A stretch of DNA of 64,000 nt from an uncultured bacterium (GCA_964423645.1 CAYRFE010000010.1:21264-85263), one strand, 5' to 3'; shown: positions 41,119 through 51,462, counted from the first letter of the stretch. Program-made: numbers and translations. The notes: a model not told the origin generated them from the letters alone.

Positions 41119-42787
41119 CGCCCTCTCCTTTATTTTGCTGCGTATGCAGCATCGTTTTCTTTTCGACATAAGAGCTCTGCACCACATAATCGGATCCCTC
41201 AAATTCTTTCACGACCGTCGATACATCATTCACCGCTGCAACAATTCGATCGAGCATCGCACGCTCTGAGGGGAATTTTCGCATCAATAATTCGATTGTA
41301 GCCAAGATCGTGGTAAGTGGCGAATTAATGCGATGATTAAGTGTTACCGAGAGATCATGCACAAGATGAAGTTTTTCTTTGACCACTTCTGATTCATCAG
41401 CACATAAGCGTAGATAGATCATGCCGGTATATGATAAAAAATCAACAATTTCTGCTAATTCTTCCTGAGAAACCATTCGCTTACTAAAGACGTTATCACC
41501 ATAAATGAATCCGCTGATTGTTCCGGGACCGGGTATAGGAAAAACATAATATGTGCTTGACCCGACTCTTTTTGTAAAACTTTGATGGAGTAAATTATCT
41601 TTTTCGGTATAAAACTCTTTATCGCCGAATGATTCCGGCATCGTAATAATCTGTTGAGAAAAAATATCAGGTTTGCAATCGGCAAGATACTCACGTAAAT
41701 GATACCCGTGAGTATTTTTATCAAAAAAGAATACTCTGTCAAAATGAAAATATGTAGTGAATGTCGTAAAAAAAGAAGTAAATGCTCGTGACGGATCACC
41801 ATATACTAAATCTTTTAAAAATTCATGCAAGAATTCCTGTTTATATAGACGTTTGTTAAGTGTGACGATGACATCTCGCGAGAATTCATGCTTTTCAGCG
41901 GCAAAAAATTTATGGATATTTTCAAAATCGTTGTAATATGATGTGTCAAGAGAATATGAATCCAAAAAATTCTTGATCTTCGGTAATACGCCGCCTATCA
42001 CCTCATCAAGAAGTGAAAGCGACATGAGCAATTCTTTCTCAGTGAAAATAAAAAAGTAGGGTAATTCTTCAATAATATGATTATGCAATACAGCCCATAC
42101 AAATTCTTCGCAAAAGGTCATTATCTTTCGATGCGAGGGATCTTCCGGAGAATGGAGATTACTACACGCTGCATCCACAAATGTTTGCGGTAAATGCCAT
42201 TTTTCAAGAATATATTTACTCAACGCAATGTGTGAAAAACCCAGTGACCGTATTTGTGACTCGAGAAACGTTTGAAGTGTTTCCGTATCTTTCTTGAGTA
42301 TATCGGAAAGTAGCTCATACTGAGTTTCATATAAAAACAAATACCCAATATGCCGTAACAACATTTGTGAAAACAGTATTCCTTGTATAGGAATGCCTTT
42401 TATCTGAGCAAGACGCTGGGTAAGTAACGCAGAGACAAACGAAAAAAGGAAAAAACGTTTTGTTTCTTCTTCCGGGACATTGGCAAATGATCGTGTGTGT
42501 TCATAAAATAAGACACATAACAACACCTCGCGTAATTTATCCAGCCCGAGTAGTGACACCGCATGTTGTATATCGGTAATTTTATGCGGTAAATAGTAAT
42601 AACCTGAATTTATTAAATTGAATACTTTTGCAGAGAGCATCGCATTCTGCTCCAACTCACTGCTTATCATTTTTATATCGGTTTCATCCGACATCAGTAT
42701 TTGAATGATTCGAATAACGATCGTCGATGGTAAATGATGATGATTCAGTAGAGTATCTATTGCCGAATAATCTATGCCTTGCGTCAT
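41102..42787 (-). CDS. HDOD-domain protein with a C-terminal HisKA-like dimerisation/phospho-acceptor segment and no ATPase domain
   Basis: N-terminal HDOD features; C-terminal [25 protein letters not shown] matches an H-box; the protein ends about 60 aa later. Confidence 0.65.
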   Translation of the reverse strand: MTQGIDYSAIDTLLNHHHLPSTIVIRIIQILMSDETDIKMISSELEQNAMLSAKVFNLINSGYYYLPHKITDIQHAVSLLGLDKLREVLLCVLFYEHTRSFANVPEEETKRFFLFSFVSALLTQRLAQIKGIPIQGILFSQMLLRHIGYLFLYETQYELLSDILKKDTETLQTFLESQIRSLGFSHIALSKYILEKWHLPQTFVDAACSNLHSPEDPSHRKIMTFCEEFVWAVLHNHIIEELPYFFIFTEKELLMSLSLLDEVIGGVLPKIKNFLDSYSLDTSYYNDFENIHKFFAAEKHEFSRDVIVTLNKRLYKQEFLHEFLKDLVYGDPSRAFTSFFTTFTTYFHFDRVFFFDKNTHGYHLREYLADCKPDIFSQQIITMPESFGDKEFYTEKDNLLHQSFTKRVGSSTYYVFPIPGPGTISGFIYGDNVFSKRMVSQEELAEIVDFLSYTGMIYLRLCADESEVVKEKLHLVHDLSVTLNHRINSPLTTILATIELLMRKFPSERAMLDRIVAAVNDVSTVVKEFEGSDYVVQSSYVEKKTMLHTQQNKGEGDAKKT

Positions 42788-43431
42788 ATCTTTAAGTACT
42801 TTCTTACCTTAACCTGCAAAAATAAAGGAAGAAGCGAGAGGGATCGGCTCACGACATTTTTATATCCCCTGATCGAATTATCGATCATATATACTAAGAG
42901 CACGTATTTTTCACTTACCTCCGCGGCGATCCAAAAATCTTTCACCAAAAACATATTGGATAAATCCGTTAAATACGTGATTAAGAAATCATGCGCGATC
43001 GCTCTGTTTCCTGAATTGGGATCCTTTTTAGCCGCATGTATCAGTGCTTTCAGTGCCATTTCTCGACGCTCGAACAAAACATACATTGCTTGGCGACGAA
43101 CCAGATAATTTCCGGAATACATCACCAGATTCACAATTTCTTCTGCAGGCATACGGCGAACAAGCGGATCAATAATATGAAAAAAGAAATATTTCTTTTT
43201 CGGTTTGGGCGTTATTTGCTTCACGGCCATATCCGGTTTCACTCGATAATCTATCGGCGTTCTGCAAACACTTGAATACGCATCTTGAATGTGTTTGAAT
43301 TTTTCAATATCTCCACCGGGATTATCGGGATGATACCGTTTTACAAGCGCACGATAGGCTCGTTTAATCTCTTCTTTGTGCGCATTTTTTGAAACACCCA
43401 GCACTTCATACCATACTTCGACATCGTTCAT
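42784..43431 (-). CDS. J-domain co-chaperone (DnaJ-like N-terminal domain only)
   Basis: [30 protein letters not shown] with an HPD motif; no Gly/Phe, Zn-finger or C-terminal DnaJ domains; ATGA overlap with the Hsp70 gene. Confidence 0.8.
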   Translation of the reverse strand: MNDVEVWYEVLGVSKNAHKEEIKRAYRALVKRYHPDNPGGDIEKFKHIQDAYSSVCRTPIDYRVKPDMAVKQITPKPKKKYFFFHIIDPLVRRMPAEEIVNLVMYSGNYLVRRQAMYVLFERREMALKALIHAAKKDPNSGNRAIAHDFLITYLTDLSNMFLVKDFWIAAEVSEKYVLLVYMIDNSIRGYKNVVSRSLSLLPLFLQVKVRKYLKI

Positions 43432-45143
43432 TCGTTGTGGCCCTCCGTAATAATACGTGCGGTTTCTATAAGTTCACGCAACACGGTGATATCTCTGTCT
43501 GCAATATGCCGATCAATATCTTGTATTAAATGCACTACATCTTCATGCTCGCTGTCGTGAGCTAATGTGGCATACTCATTTAACGCATCGATCATTGTGT
43601 GAGCAGTCGCAATAATTGACTCTTCTTTCTCATGAATCATCTCATCTTGTCGTTCGCTCTCTTCAATAATCGCTTGAACTTCTTCATCGGAAAGCGAACT
43701 CATGTTTTGAATTTCAAGTTCTTTCTTTACACCTGAGTGCATGTCCGCTGCTGATACGGACAATACACCGTTTTGATCCATACTGAACGTCACTTCAATA
43801 TCGGGTTCGCCCTTTTTCATGGCTTGGATATCCGTCAGCTCAAAACTCCCTAAAAAATGATTGTCTTTTACATTCGATGATTCACCTTGGAAAACCTTCA
43901 CTTCAACAATCTTCTGATAATCCGAAACAGTTGTAAAGTTCTGCATACGCGAGACCGGTATCGGCGTATTTCGTGTAATTAACGGCGCAAAAACACCTTT
44001 ATCTATTTCAATCCCTAAAGAAAAAGGAGTCACATCAACCAAAATCATATTCTCGCCAATTTCCCGCGTCACCACACCCTGTATAATCCCCGCCTGAATT
44101 GCCGCACCCATGGCAACACATTCATCGGGATTAATATTTTTATACGGTTTAGTATCGGAAAGGTCCTGCAGTTTTTTTTCTACGATAGGAATTCGCGTTG
44201 ATCCGCCAACCAATATCATCTTTGATAATTCACTGACTTTTACCTGTGCATCATCCAAAACACGATAAAACGGTTCATCAAGTTGATCAATATAATCATG
44301 TATCAAATCTTCGAATTGTGCACGAGTAAGCCGCATTTCTAAATGCCGAGGTCCAAGTTCATCGGCAGTAATAAACGGAATACTTATCGCAGTATGCTTC
44401 GCCTCAGACAATTCGACCTTCGCCTTCACCGATTGTTCATAAATACGCTGTAATGCCATACGATCGGTTGAAAGATCGATACCGGTTTCATTTAAAAAAG
44501 CCGACAATATATAATCTGCAATTCGAGTGTCAAAATCATCTCCCCCAAGCTTATTGTTTCCCGACGATGCAAGAACTTCAAAAACATTGTCTCCTACATC
44601 AAGGAGAGACACGTCATACGTCCCACCACCCAAATCCATGATGATTATACGCTCTCCGTCGGTTTGATTATTCGCTCCGTACGCCAGCGCTGCTGCAGTC
44701 GGTTCGTTAATGATACGTAATACGTTCAAACCTGCAATTTTAGCTGCCTGCATTGTCGCCGATCGTTGATTGTCATTAAAATATGCGGGGACTGTTATAA
44801 CGGCATCAGTGACACTGTCACCTAAAAAAACCTCTGCATCATCTTTCATTTTTCGCAATATAATTCCCGAAACTTCTTCGGGGGAATACTCAATGGAGTC
44901 AATTTTTATTTTTTCTTTTGTTCCCATCAAACGCTTTACGGATACTATTGTCCGTTCAGGACTTATAACCGCTTGATTTTTCGCACTTTGACCTACCAGA
45001 ATTTCCTTGTCTTTTGTCACTGCAACACAGGAAGGAGTAAGTCGCTCTCCTCTGTTATTGGGAATAATTTCCGGTTTGCCATCTTTTAAATATGCCATTA
45101 CCGAATTTGTGGTTCCCAGATCAATACCTATAGTAATACCCAT
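43428..45143 (-). CDS. Hsp70-family ATPase, short HscC-like form
   Basis: [20 protein letters not shown], Hsp70 substrate-binding beta domain; 571 aa with a truncated C-terminal lid. Confidence 0.88.
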   Translation of the reverse strand: MGITIGIDLGTTNSVMAYLKDGKPEIIPNNRGERLTPSCVAVTKDKEILVGQSAKNQAVISPERTIVSVKRLMGTKEKIKIDSIEYSPEEVSGIILRKMKDDAEVFLGDSVTDAVITVPAYFNDNQRSATMQAAKIAGLNVLRIINEPTAAALAYGANNQTDGERIIIMDLGGGTYDVSLLDVGDNVFEVLASSGNNKLGGDDFDTRIADYILSAFLNETGIDLSTDRMALQRIYEQSVKAKVELSEAKHTAISIPFITADELGPRHLEMRLTRAQFEDLIHDYIDQLDEPFYRVLDDAQVKVSELSKMILVGGSTRIPIVEKKLQDLSDTKPYKNINPDECVAMGAAIQAGIIQGVVTREIGENMILVDVTPFSLGIEIDKGVFAPLITRNTPIPVSRMQNFTTVSDYQKIVEVKVFQGESSNVKDNHFLGSFELTDIQAMKKGEPDIEVTFSMDQNGVLSVSAADMHSGVKKELEIQNMSSLSDEEVQAIIEESERQDEMIHEKEESIIATAHTMIDALNEYATLAHDSEHEDVVHLIQDIDRHIADRDITVLRELIETARIITEGHNE

Positions 45144-45157
45144 AGCTGCTCCTTAAT

Positions 45158-45988
45158 TCAATCAAATAATAATTCACCATTTTTATGTGCGCTATCGGCT
45201 TCAGCAGTAATTGTCTCGATATCTGCGCCGGTCAATCCCAATGTACGTGCAGATTCCAGTTGCGTAAAATCGTGTGCTGTTTGATATAAACCAAATCCCA
45301 AATGATATGCCAACGCATCAGCGACATTGATATACACAGCCAAAGGGCTTTCGGCAGCTGCCGTCATATCATGATGAAAGCGAATACCATCTATAAGTGC
45401 ATCGCTGAATTTCCATTTTATTGCAATCTCCCGACCAATATCTGCATGAGTATATCCAAGAATCCGCAGTTCAGGATCCACAAAAGATTTTTTCATATCA
45501 TATACATCGGTAAGCACCAATTCATATTCCTTTTGAAACATTTGATACATAAATGTCTTTCCAAGATCATGTAACAATCCCGCGACAAAGGCTTCTTCAG
45601 GCACAGGATATTTTCGTATTTTCGCAATAGACCTCGCAACAAATGCAACAAATTGTGCGTGTTCCCATAGTTTTTTTGACACAAGAGACTTTGAATCAAA
45701 ATACATGTTTTTCGTTGAATATGCAACGACAAGATTGCGAACGGTGGATAAACCCAAAACAACCACCGCATCCCGCACGGTTGTGATTCGTCGTATTGTT
45801 GAGTAATATGCCGAGTTGGCCGTTTTCAAAAGTGCAGACGTCAACGCTTCATCCCGATATACGGCATCTTGAATCTCGCGTGCAGTAACATTTTCGTCAT
45901 GCAACAAATCGATGACTTGTCGAGCAACATGCGGCATGACAGCCAATTCTTGCAATCTATCCAGTACACCTTCCGGGACGTTATTCAT
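45158..45988 (-). CDS. HDOD-domain signalling protein
   Basis: 276 aa with the conserved HDLGK region. Confidence 0.8.
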   Translation of the reverse strand: MNNVPEGVLDRLQELAVMPHVARQVIDLLHDENVTAREIQDAVYRDEALTSALLKTANSAYYSTIRRITTVRDAVVVLGLSTVRNLVVAYSTKNMYFDSKSLVSKKLWEHAQFVAFVARSIAKIRKYPVPEEAFVAGLLHDLGKTFMYQMFQKEYELVLTDVYDMKKSFVDPELRILGYTHADIGREIAIKWKFSDALIDGIRFHHDMTAAAESPLAVYINVADALAYHLGFGLYQTAHDFTQLESARTLGLTGADIETITAEADSAHKNGELLFD

Positions 45989-46674
45989 ATCTCTCCTTCA
46001 ATTTTCATGATCGGTATAACAATTGACTGAACACATCCGGATGCTTCATGTTCTATACGATACACCCCCGCATGTTTTTCCGCCGTTCGTTTACAAAATG
46101 CCAACCCTAGATATATTGCACCTGTATAGTCGTGTGAAAAAGGATCGGGTACAATTTCAGGCACACGATACGAATCATCAACTTCACTGATCACTCGCAC
46201 CGTAAACATTTCGTCTTTAGCGGTCGTATACACACGAATAGTTCCTTTTTGTGTAATTGCGCAGGCATAGGTGATCATTTCAACAAGAGCTGATACCAAC
46301 TGATCTTTATCACAGCGGAGCATGGTTTCATGTGCAGTATCCTCGATAGTAATTTTTGATAACGGATGTATTGTCTGCCAACAATCTCTCAGCGCAACAA
46401 TATCTTCAACAATCGAACGCACGTCACAATCGTCCCACGTGTATTCGCGCCCTGTTTTTTCACGTACCGAACGAATATACGCACTCATTTCTTCAACGAC
46501 ATGGGCCATTTTCTTTTTCATTTCATCATTACCCTCGATGAATGTGGCATAATTGATCAAAAGAAAAAGGTAATTATTCAATTTGTGGGTCATTGCACTG
46601 ACTACTTCTCCGACAGATGTATTCCGTTGAAGATTAATAAATCGTTCGACCGATGATTGCTCATAAGTATTCAC
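45985..46674 (-). CDS. Minimal cytoplasmic histidine-kinase-like protein (DHp + CA core, no sensor or TM)
   Basis: H-box THKLNN; HATPase-like C-terminus with weak G-boxes; 229 aa; 5 nt downstream of cheA. Confidence 0.6.
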   Translation of the reverse strand: MNTYEQSSVERFINLQRNTSVGEVVSAMTHKLNNYLFLLINYATFIEGNDEMKKKMAHVVEEMSAYIRSVREKTGREYTWDDCDVRSIVEDIVALRDCWQTIHPLSKITIEDTAHETMLRCDKDQLVSALVEMITYACAITQKGTIRVYTTAKDEMFTVRVISEVDDSYRVPEIVPDPFSHDYTGAIYLGLAFCKRTAEKHAGVYRIEHEASGCVQSIVIPIMKIEGEI

Positions 46675-46679
46675 AAAGT

Positions 46680-48830
46680 TTACACTCCTGCGATTTCTTT
46701 TTTCACCATTCCTGCCATACCACTTACATCAATAATAAGAGAAACGCGCCCGTCACCTAATGTGCTCGCGCCTGAGATTCCGGGAATATTACCTAAATAT
46801 TCACTTAATGATTTAATGACTATTTCTTCTCTTCCTAAAAGTTCATCCACGAGCAAACCTAATTTTCGTCCGCCGACGGATACGATTACTACATAATACT
46901 CTTTTTTATTAACATCATAATTGGGGACATCAAATACTTCCGATAAACGTAACAATGGAAGAACCACGTCGCGCAAATTGAGCACTTCTTTATTATTAAT
47001 GGTTCGTATTTCGGAGAAAGTAACCTTGCTTGTTTCAATAACTGATGTTATCGGCACCGAGTATATTTCATCAGATACCGATACCAATAATGCCGTAACG
47101 ATCGCAAGTGTCAGCGGTAAGCGAACTTTCATTTTTGTCCCTTTACCAAGTTCGGTTGTAATCTCAATCATACCGTTCAGTTTTTGCACATTCGAACGTA
47201 CCACATCCATACCCACACCGCGTCCCGATGTATTGCTGACCAACTCAACCGTTGAAAAACCGGGGAGGAATATAATATTCAAAATTTCATTTTCACTCAT
47301 ATTTCTCAACGATGTTTCGTCAACAATACCTTTTTCTATCGCTTTGCGTGCAATTTTTTTGGTATCAATACCGCGTCCGTCATCTTCAACCTCAATGACA
47401 ATATTGTCACCTTCCTGATATGCCGAAAGATAGATCGTTCCGACCGCAGGCTTTCCCATTCTTTTACGCTCTTCCGGTGTCTCAATCCCGTGGTCAACGG
47501 AGTTACGAAGAATATGAACTAAAGGATCCCCTATATACTCCACGATCGATTTATCCAATTCTGTCTCTTCCCCAGAAATGATCAAATCAATTTCTTTGTT
47601 TTTTTCTCGTGCAAGAGTGCGAATCATACGCGGATATTTGTTGAACACTTTTCCAATAGGCAAAAGACGAGTTTTCATAACCGCCATCTGCAATTCAGAT
47701 GTCACAAAATTAATATTCGCAGTATTGTCGTTCAATTGTTCAATAAATTCATTATCCTTTGTCGACGATAATATACCCGAGATTCGCAAAAGTCTGTTCT
47801 TTGCCTGCACCAACTCTCCCACAAGATTCATCAGTTGATCCAGTCGCTTCACATCGACACGTATCGTCTGTTCAACGCCTCGCTCTTTCACTAAGGCACT
47901 CGCATTTTTCTGCTCAACGGGAATATCATCTTTGTTCTTATCAGACGAGGTTTGCTCATGCTTGTGCGCTTCACCGGTAAGTTGAGCCAATTTGATCATG
48001 ATCGATTTTGTCTCGACTTGCGGTTGTTTTCCCTCTTTTAGATCTTTGTTGATTAATTGCAATTTATCGATTCCCTCAAGCATACCGTCAACAAGTTCTC
48101 GCTCGAGCGTAAATACTCCATCTCGAATTTTATTAAGAATATCTTCAATTTTATGTGCAACTTCAGCCATTTGATTCACACCAATAAAACCTGCAGATCC
48201 CTTCACCGTATGTATTTTACGATAAAAATCATTCAAAATTTCTTTGTTATCCTTATGTTTCTCCCAATTCACCAACTCTTGACTCAAAAAATCAAGATTT
48301 TCTTCCGCCTCAATGACAAATTCTTGCAACACCTCGCGAAGCACTTCGTCTTTAAAATATCCGGGTTGTGCATCATCCTCGGCATCCTCATCGATATGTT
48401 CGTCTTTGATTTTCACATCGGGTACTTGGACGACACTGTCTTCACTCGCCTTCTCAAGTCGTTGGATCAATTGTTGTATATCCACAGATTCCGGGTCACC
48501 TTTGCTGATTTGTTCAAGTAATTGCTTCATATTATCCATTACGACAAATAACATATCAACAATTTCAGGTGTTGCTTCCATTTCATTTTTACGCAATTTA
48601 TTGAGCACATCCTCGGCATGATGCGTGAGTTTGGTTAAGACATCAAATCCTAAAAATGATGCCGAACCCTTAATAGTATGCGCCGAACGAAATATACTAT
48701 TAAGTAAATCAAGATTTTGCGTGTCCTTCTCAAGCTCAAGAAGGTCTTTTTCCATTTGATCTAACAGTTCATTCGATTCTATAATAAAATCCTGAATGAT
48801 ATTATCCATGTCATCTGAACGGGGTGTCAT
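46680..48830 (-). CDS. cheA: Chemotaxis histidine kinase CheA with two tandem HPt (P1) domains
   Basis: HTIKGSASFLGF and HTVKGSAGFIGV phospho-acceptor motifs; dimerisation, HATPase (DDGRGID, GRGVGMDVV) and CheW-like domains. Confidence 0.92.
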   Translation of the reverse strand: MTPRSDDMDNIIQDFIIESNELLDQMEKDLLELEKDTQNLDLLNSIFRSAHTIKGSASFLGFDVLTKLTHHAEDVLNKLRKNEMEATPEIVDMLFVVMDNMKQLLEQISKGDPESVDIQQLIQRLEKASEDSVVQVPDVKIKDEHIDEDAEDDAQPGYFKDEVLREVLQEFVIEAEENLDFLSQELVNWEKHKDNKEILNDFYRKIHTVKGSAGFIGVNQMAEVAHKIEDILNKIRDGVFTLERELVDGMLEGIDKLQLINKDLKEGKQPQVETKSIMIKLAQLTGEAHKHEQTSSDKNKDDIPVEQKNASALVKERGVEQTIRVDVKRLDQLMNLVGELVQAKNRLLRISGILSSTKDNEFIEQLNDNTANINFVTSELQMAVMKTRLLPIGKVFNKYPRMIRTLAREKNKEIDLIISGEETELDKSIVEYIGDPLVHILRNSVDHGIETPEERKRMGKPAVGTIYLSAYQEGDNIVIEVEDDGRGIDTKKIARKAIEKGIVDETSLRNMSENEILNIIFLPGFSTVELVSNTSGRGVGMDVVRSNVQKLNGMIEITTELGKGTKMKVRLPLTLAIVTALLVSVSDEIYSVPITSVIETSKVTFSEIRTINNKEVLNLRDVVLPLLRLSEVFDVPNYDVNKKEYYVVIVSVGGRKLGLLVDELLGREEIVIKSLSEYLGNIPGISGASTLGDGRVSLIIDVSGMAGMVKKEIAGV

Positions 48831-48843
48831 AAAACCTACCTCC

Positions 48844-49425
48844 TTATTTTAGCGCAAAAGCTAAATCTTTCGACAACAACGGGACCGCTTTCTTATGCAT
48901 TTGCAATCGAATCCTTTGAGTCACTTTTTTTGCTCCTAAACTTCCATAAGAAAGCACAGGATACGCGAATATCCGTTCGTTTGATTCTACATGCTCATCA
49001 TGCGTCGTATAGACGGTCATATAGATAACATAATGAGCAACAAGATCACCCTTCTCCGCGACAAAAGGAATCGACGTTTTTTTGTCTTTTACAATATCAG
49101 TTTCACGCAGAGATACGGTTATCACGCGGTCATACCCTTTTCGCCCGTATGATGCCATTTCATGCACAATTCTTGCAGCATCAAATGCACCTCTATCATA
49201 GTGAGTATACTCCATCTGATGCGCTGAATCAAGTGAATTTTCAATGGTCATCTGCCACAGCTCATTCGTATAAGGATACCGATCCCAACCGTCGCCTAGT
49301 ATAATCATCACTCGTTCAGCTTTGAGCAACCCAATCATTGAAAATACCCCAATACACAACATGATACATTTTCGCACCGGATTTAACAGATCCGATACGT
49401 GTGATCTTTGACTCCGTCTTTTCAT
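48844..49425 (-). CDS. Hypothetical secreted or membrane-anchored protein
   Basis: N-terminal hydrophobic segment; tightly packed in the operon. Confidence 0.5.
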   Translation of the reverse strand: MKRRSQRSHVSDLLNPVRKCIMLCIGVFSMIGLLKAERVMIILGDGWDRYPYTNELWQMTIENSLDSAHQMEYTHYDRGAFDAARIVHEMASYGRKGYDRVITVSLRETDIVKDKKTSIPFVAEKGDLVAHYVIYMTVYTTHDEHVESNERIFAYPVLSYGSLGAKKVTQRIRLQMHKKAVPLLSKDLAFALK

Positions 49426-49730
49426 GAGTGCCCCCGCGCTTTCTTGTTTAAACGGTATAAAAACGCATATATTTCTGCGACCACGACAAAGGCATTCTCC
49501 GGTATTTCATGCTCAACTTCGATCGTATCCAGCAGTGAAACAAGATCTTTATCCTCAACAAGGGGAATATGATGCTCTTTGGCAATAGAGATGATCGCTT
49601 CCGCGATATGACCCCAGCCTTTTGCTGACACTTTCGGCGCATGTGCAGTATCCGCGTCATACGTAAGAGCGACTGCCTTTTTGATCAAATCACGCCCTTT
49701 CATACTACGACGTCTATGCCTTCTTCGCAC
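49422..49730 (-). CDS. FlhB C-terminal-domain-only protein (EscU/YscU/FlhB family, YlqH-like)
   Basis: VALTYDADTAHAPKVSAKGWGHIAEAIISIAKEHHIPLVED...VVAEIYAFLYRL parallels the B. subtilis YlqH / FlhB cytoplasmic domain. Confidence 0.8.
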   Translation of the reverse strand: MRRRHRRRSMKGRDLIKKAVALTYDADTAHAPKVSAKGWGHIAEAIISIAKEHHIPLVEDKDLVSLLDTIEVEHEIPENAFVVVAEIYAFLYRLNKKARGHS

Positions 49731-50551
49731 TGAAACGCGAGCATTAAAATAGGATCATGCAATATTCCCGAATGCTTCACCGTTAATGATGCAACCGAAA
49801 TACCTTTTTCATGCAATGCAGTACGCAATTCTCGGAATGCCCCCTGAATGATACGTGCTGAATCTTCCGTCGCAGTATACATATGAATACCTATTGTTGA
49901 GTGCCATTGACGAACGACGGCAAGAATCGTTCCAAGAGATGATAACTCAGCCATTATACGGTACTCTTCCATTCCGGTCGAGTTTTTCGGTGTATACGAA
50001 AAATAGCCGTCTCGCAATAATTCATTCTCCACATAGGGAAATGCCATAAAAAACATCCCTTTTTCACCATATTCTTGTGAAATGATCTTATCAAATTGTG
50101 CATGACGCAATATATCATCTGCTTCTTTTTCATTCGTAAGCAACGGGGAAACCGGTATTTTTGATAATTCCGATTGTTCCTGTAAAAATTCTTTGGTTAA
50201 TTCGGTATCCGGTGATTTAATCACAATCCCGGGCAACCGTATCTGAAGAAAGGTCTTGAAAAAAGCGGCGAGCTTGGGTTCTGCTGACTCGAAAAGCTTG
50301 GGTAAAACCTTTTCCATGTTCACCAGTTCCAAAACCGGCAGTGGCGAAAGTGATTTTACTCGTACAAATATACCTTCCTTATCCTGTAATATCATTTCAG
50401 ACGCCGCAGTTAAAACCGAGCCTTGTATTTTAATCGAAAAAAGATTATTCCCGAGCTGCTCCTGTACCACGGCATGGTATAAGCCGCCTTTAATAAAAAC
50501 AGGAAGCGGTTTCCCCTGCTGCAGGTGTAGTTGGATCGTATCAACGCGCAT
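49700..50551 (-). CDS. Hypothetical protein in the flagellar operon
   Basis: 283 aa; no motif recognised; co-directional and overlaps its neighbours. Confidence 0.5.
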   Translation of the reverse strand: MRVDTIQLHLQQGKPLPVFIKGGLYHAVVQEQLGNNLFSIKIQGSVLTAASEMILQDKEGIFVRVKSLSPLPVLELVNMEKVLPKLFESAEPKLAAFFKTFLQIRLPGIVIKSPDTELTKEFLQEQSELSKIPVSPLLTNEKEADDILRHAQFDKIISQEYGEKGMFFMAFPYVENELLRDGYFSYTPKNSTGMEEYRIMAELSSLGTILAVVRQWHSTIGIHMYTATEDSARIIQGAFRELRTALHEKGISVASLTVKHSGILHDPILMLAFQCEEGIDVVV

Positions 50552-51224
50552 CTCTTGCCTTCAACGCCTTAAGTTTTATAATAAAATCGACCTCACCCGG
50601 TGAAATATTAAAACGACGACTGAGAGTGATCTTATCTGTTCCGTTCACAAACAAACCATACACCGCGTCATAGTCCAAGGTTTGGGAGTCTGTGCTTTTT
50701 TTCTGCATCTCGATACAAGTATTGATGTTTTTTACACCATTACCGGCTTTTAACACCAAGTCACCGATGCCTGCAGCTTCAGGTGCTTTTTCTAAATACT
50801 TCCCGACCTCATCTATTAAATCTTTCATGACAATCTGTAATTTTTGTATCTCCTCACGACTGCCTTTTCGAATCCTACGTTCTCGCGAGAGAAAAAGTAC
50901 GATTATAATAATGATCAATATTAAAAACACACCATAAAATATCATCTCACGTTCACGTATACGAAGCGGAGAGTTTTTAATGGAATCAAGCTCCTGACGC
51001 TCTTCAAGTAACCGCTGTTGTTCAATTTCAAGCTCTCTTAACAATCGCTCATATCGAACTTTTTCCGTCTCTTCCGTTTTTTGAGCAAAGACGGGTGCAC
51101 TTGCAGTTGTGAAAAAAAGAATGAAAAGACTAACCCTTAATATCAATTTCGCTCCCCTTTGAGTCGGTGTACTCAACATGTTTGTTTTTTGTATATACCG
51201 CGCAAAAATATTCTTTCTTCCCAT
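50541..51224 (-). CDS. Membrane protein with signal peptide, coiled coil and TM helix (likely start Met 51179)
   Basis: MLSTPTQRGAKLILRVSLFILFFTTASAPVFAQ; EKVRYERLLRELEIEQQRLLEERQEL; IFYGVFLILIIIIIVLFL. Confidence 0.5.
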   Translation of the reverse strand: MGRKNIFARYIQKTNMLSTPTQRGAKLILRVSLFILFFTTASAPVFAQKTEETEKVRYERLLRELEIEQQRLLEERQELDSIKNSPLRIREREMIFYGVFLILIIIIIVLFLSRERRIRKGSREEIQKLQIVMKDLIDEVGKYLEKAPEAAGIGDLVLKAGNGVKNINTCIEMQKKSTDSQTLDYDAVYGLFVNGTDKITLSRRFNISPGEVDFIIKLKALKARDAR

Positions 51225-51462
51225 TTTTTTCCCGCCTCCGCCTTCTATGTCGCCTACTTTCGTCGCGATCCTCCCCGTGTAATTCGACTATATCTTCCTG
51301 TTGTACTTCGTGAACTTTTTCTATTTTTTCCCGCTGCTCTGTTTTATCGGCATCCCGCACATGTCCTTGTTGCGCGAACGCAGCTTCTTTATTGACACTC
51401 TGCACCTTTTCAACCGAATCACTCCCAGTGATATTAATGCGCACATCATTAATTTTCATCAT
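51130..51462 (-). CDS. Candidate FlgM-like anti-sigma-28 factor (110 aa) immediately downstream of fliA
   Basis: Start codon abuts the fliA stop; begins MMKINDV like Firmicute FlgM (MKIN...); hydrophilic and probably disordered; the C-terminus overlaps the next ORF by about 50 nt. Confidence 0.4.
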   Translation of the reverse strand: MMKINDVRINITGSDSVEKVQSVNKEAAFAQQGHVRDADKTEQREKIEKVHEVQQEDIVELHGEDRDESRRHRRRRREKNGKKEYFCAVYTKNKHVEYTDSKGSEIDIKG

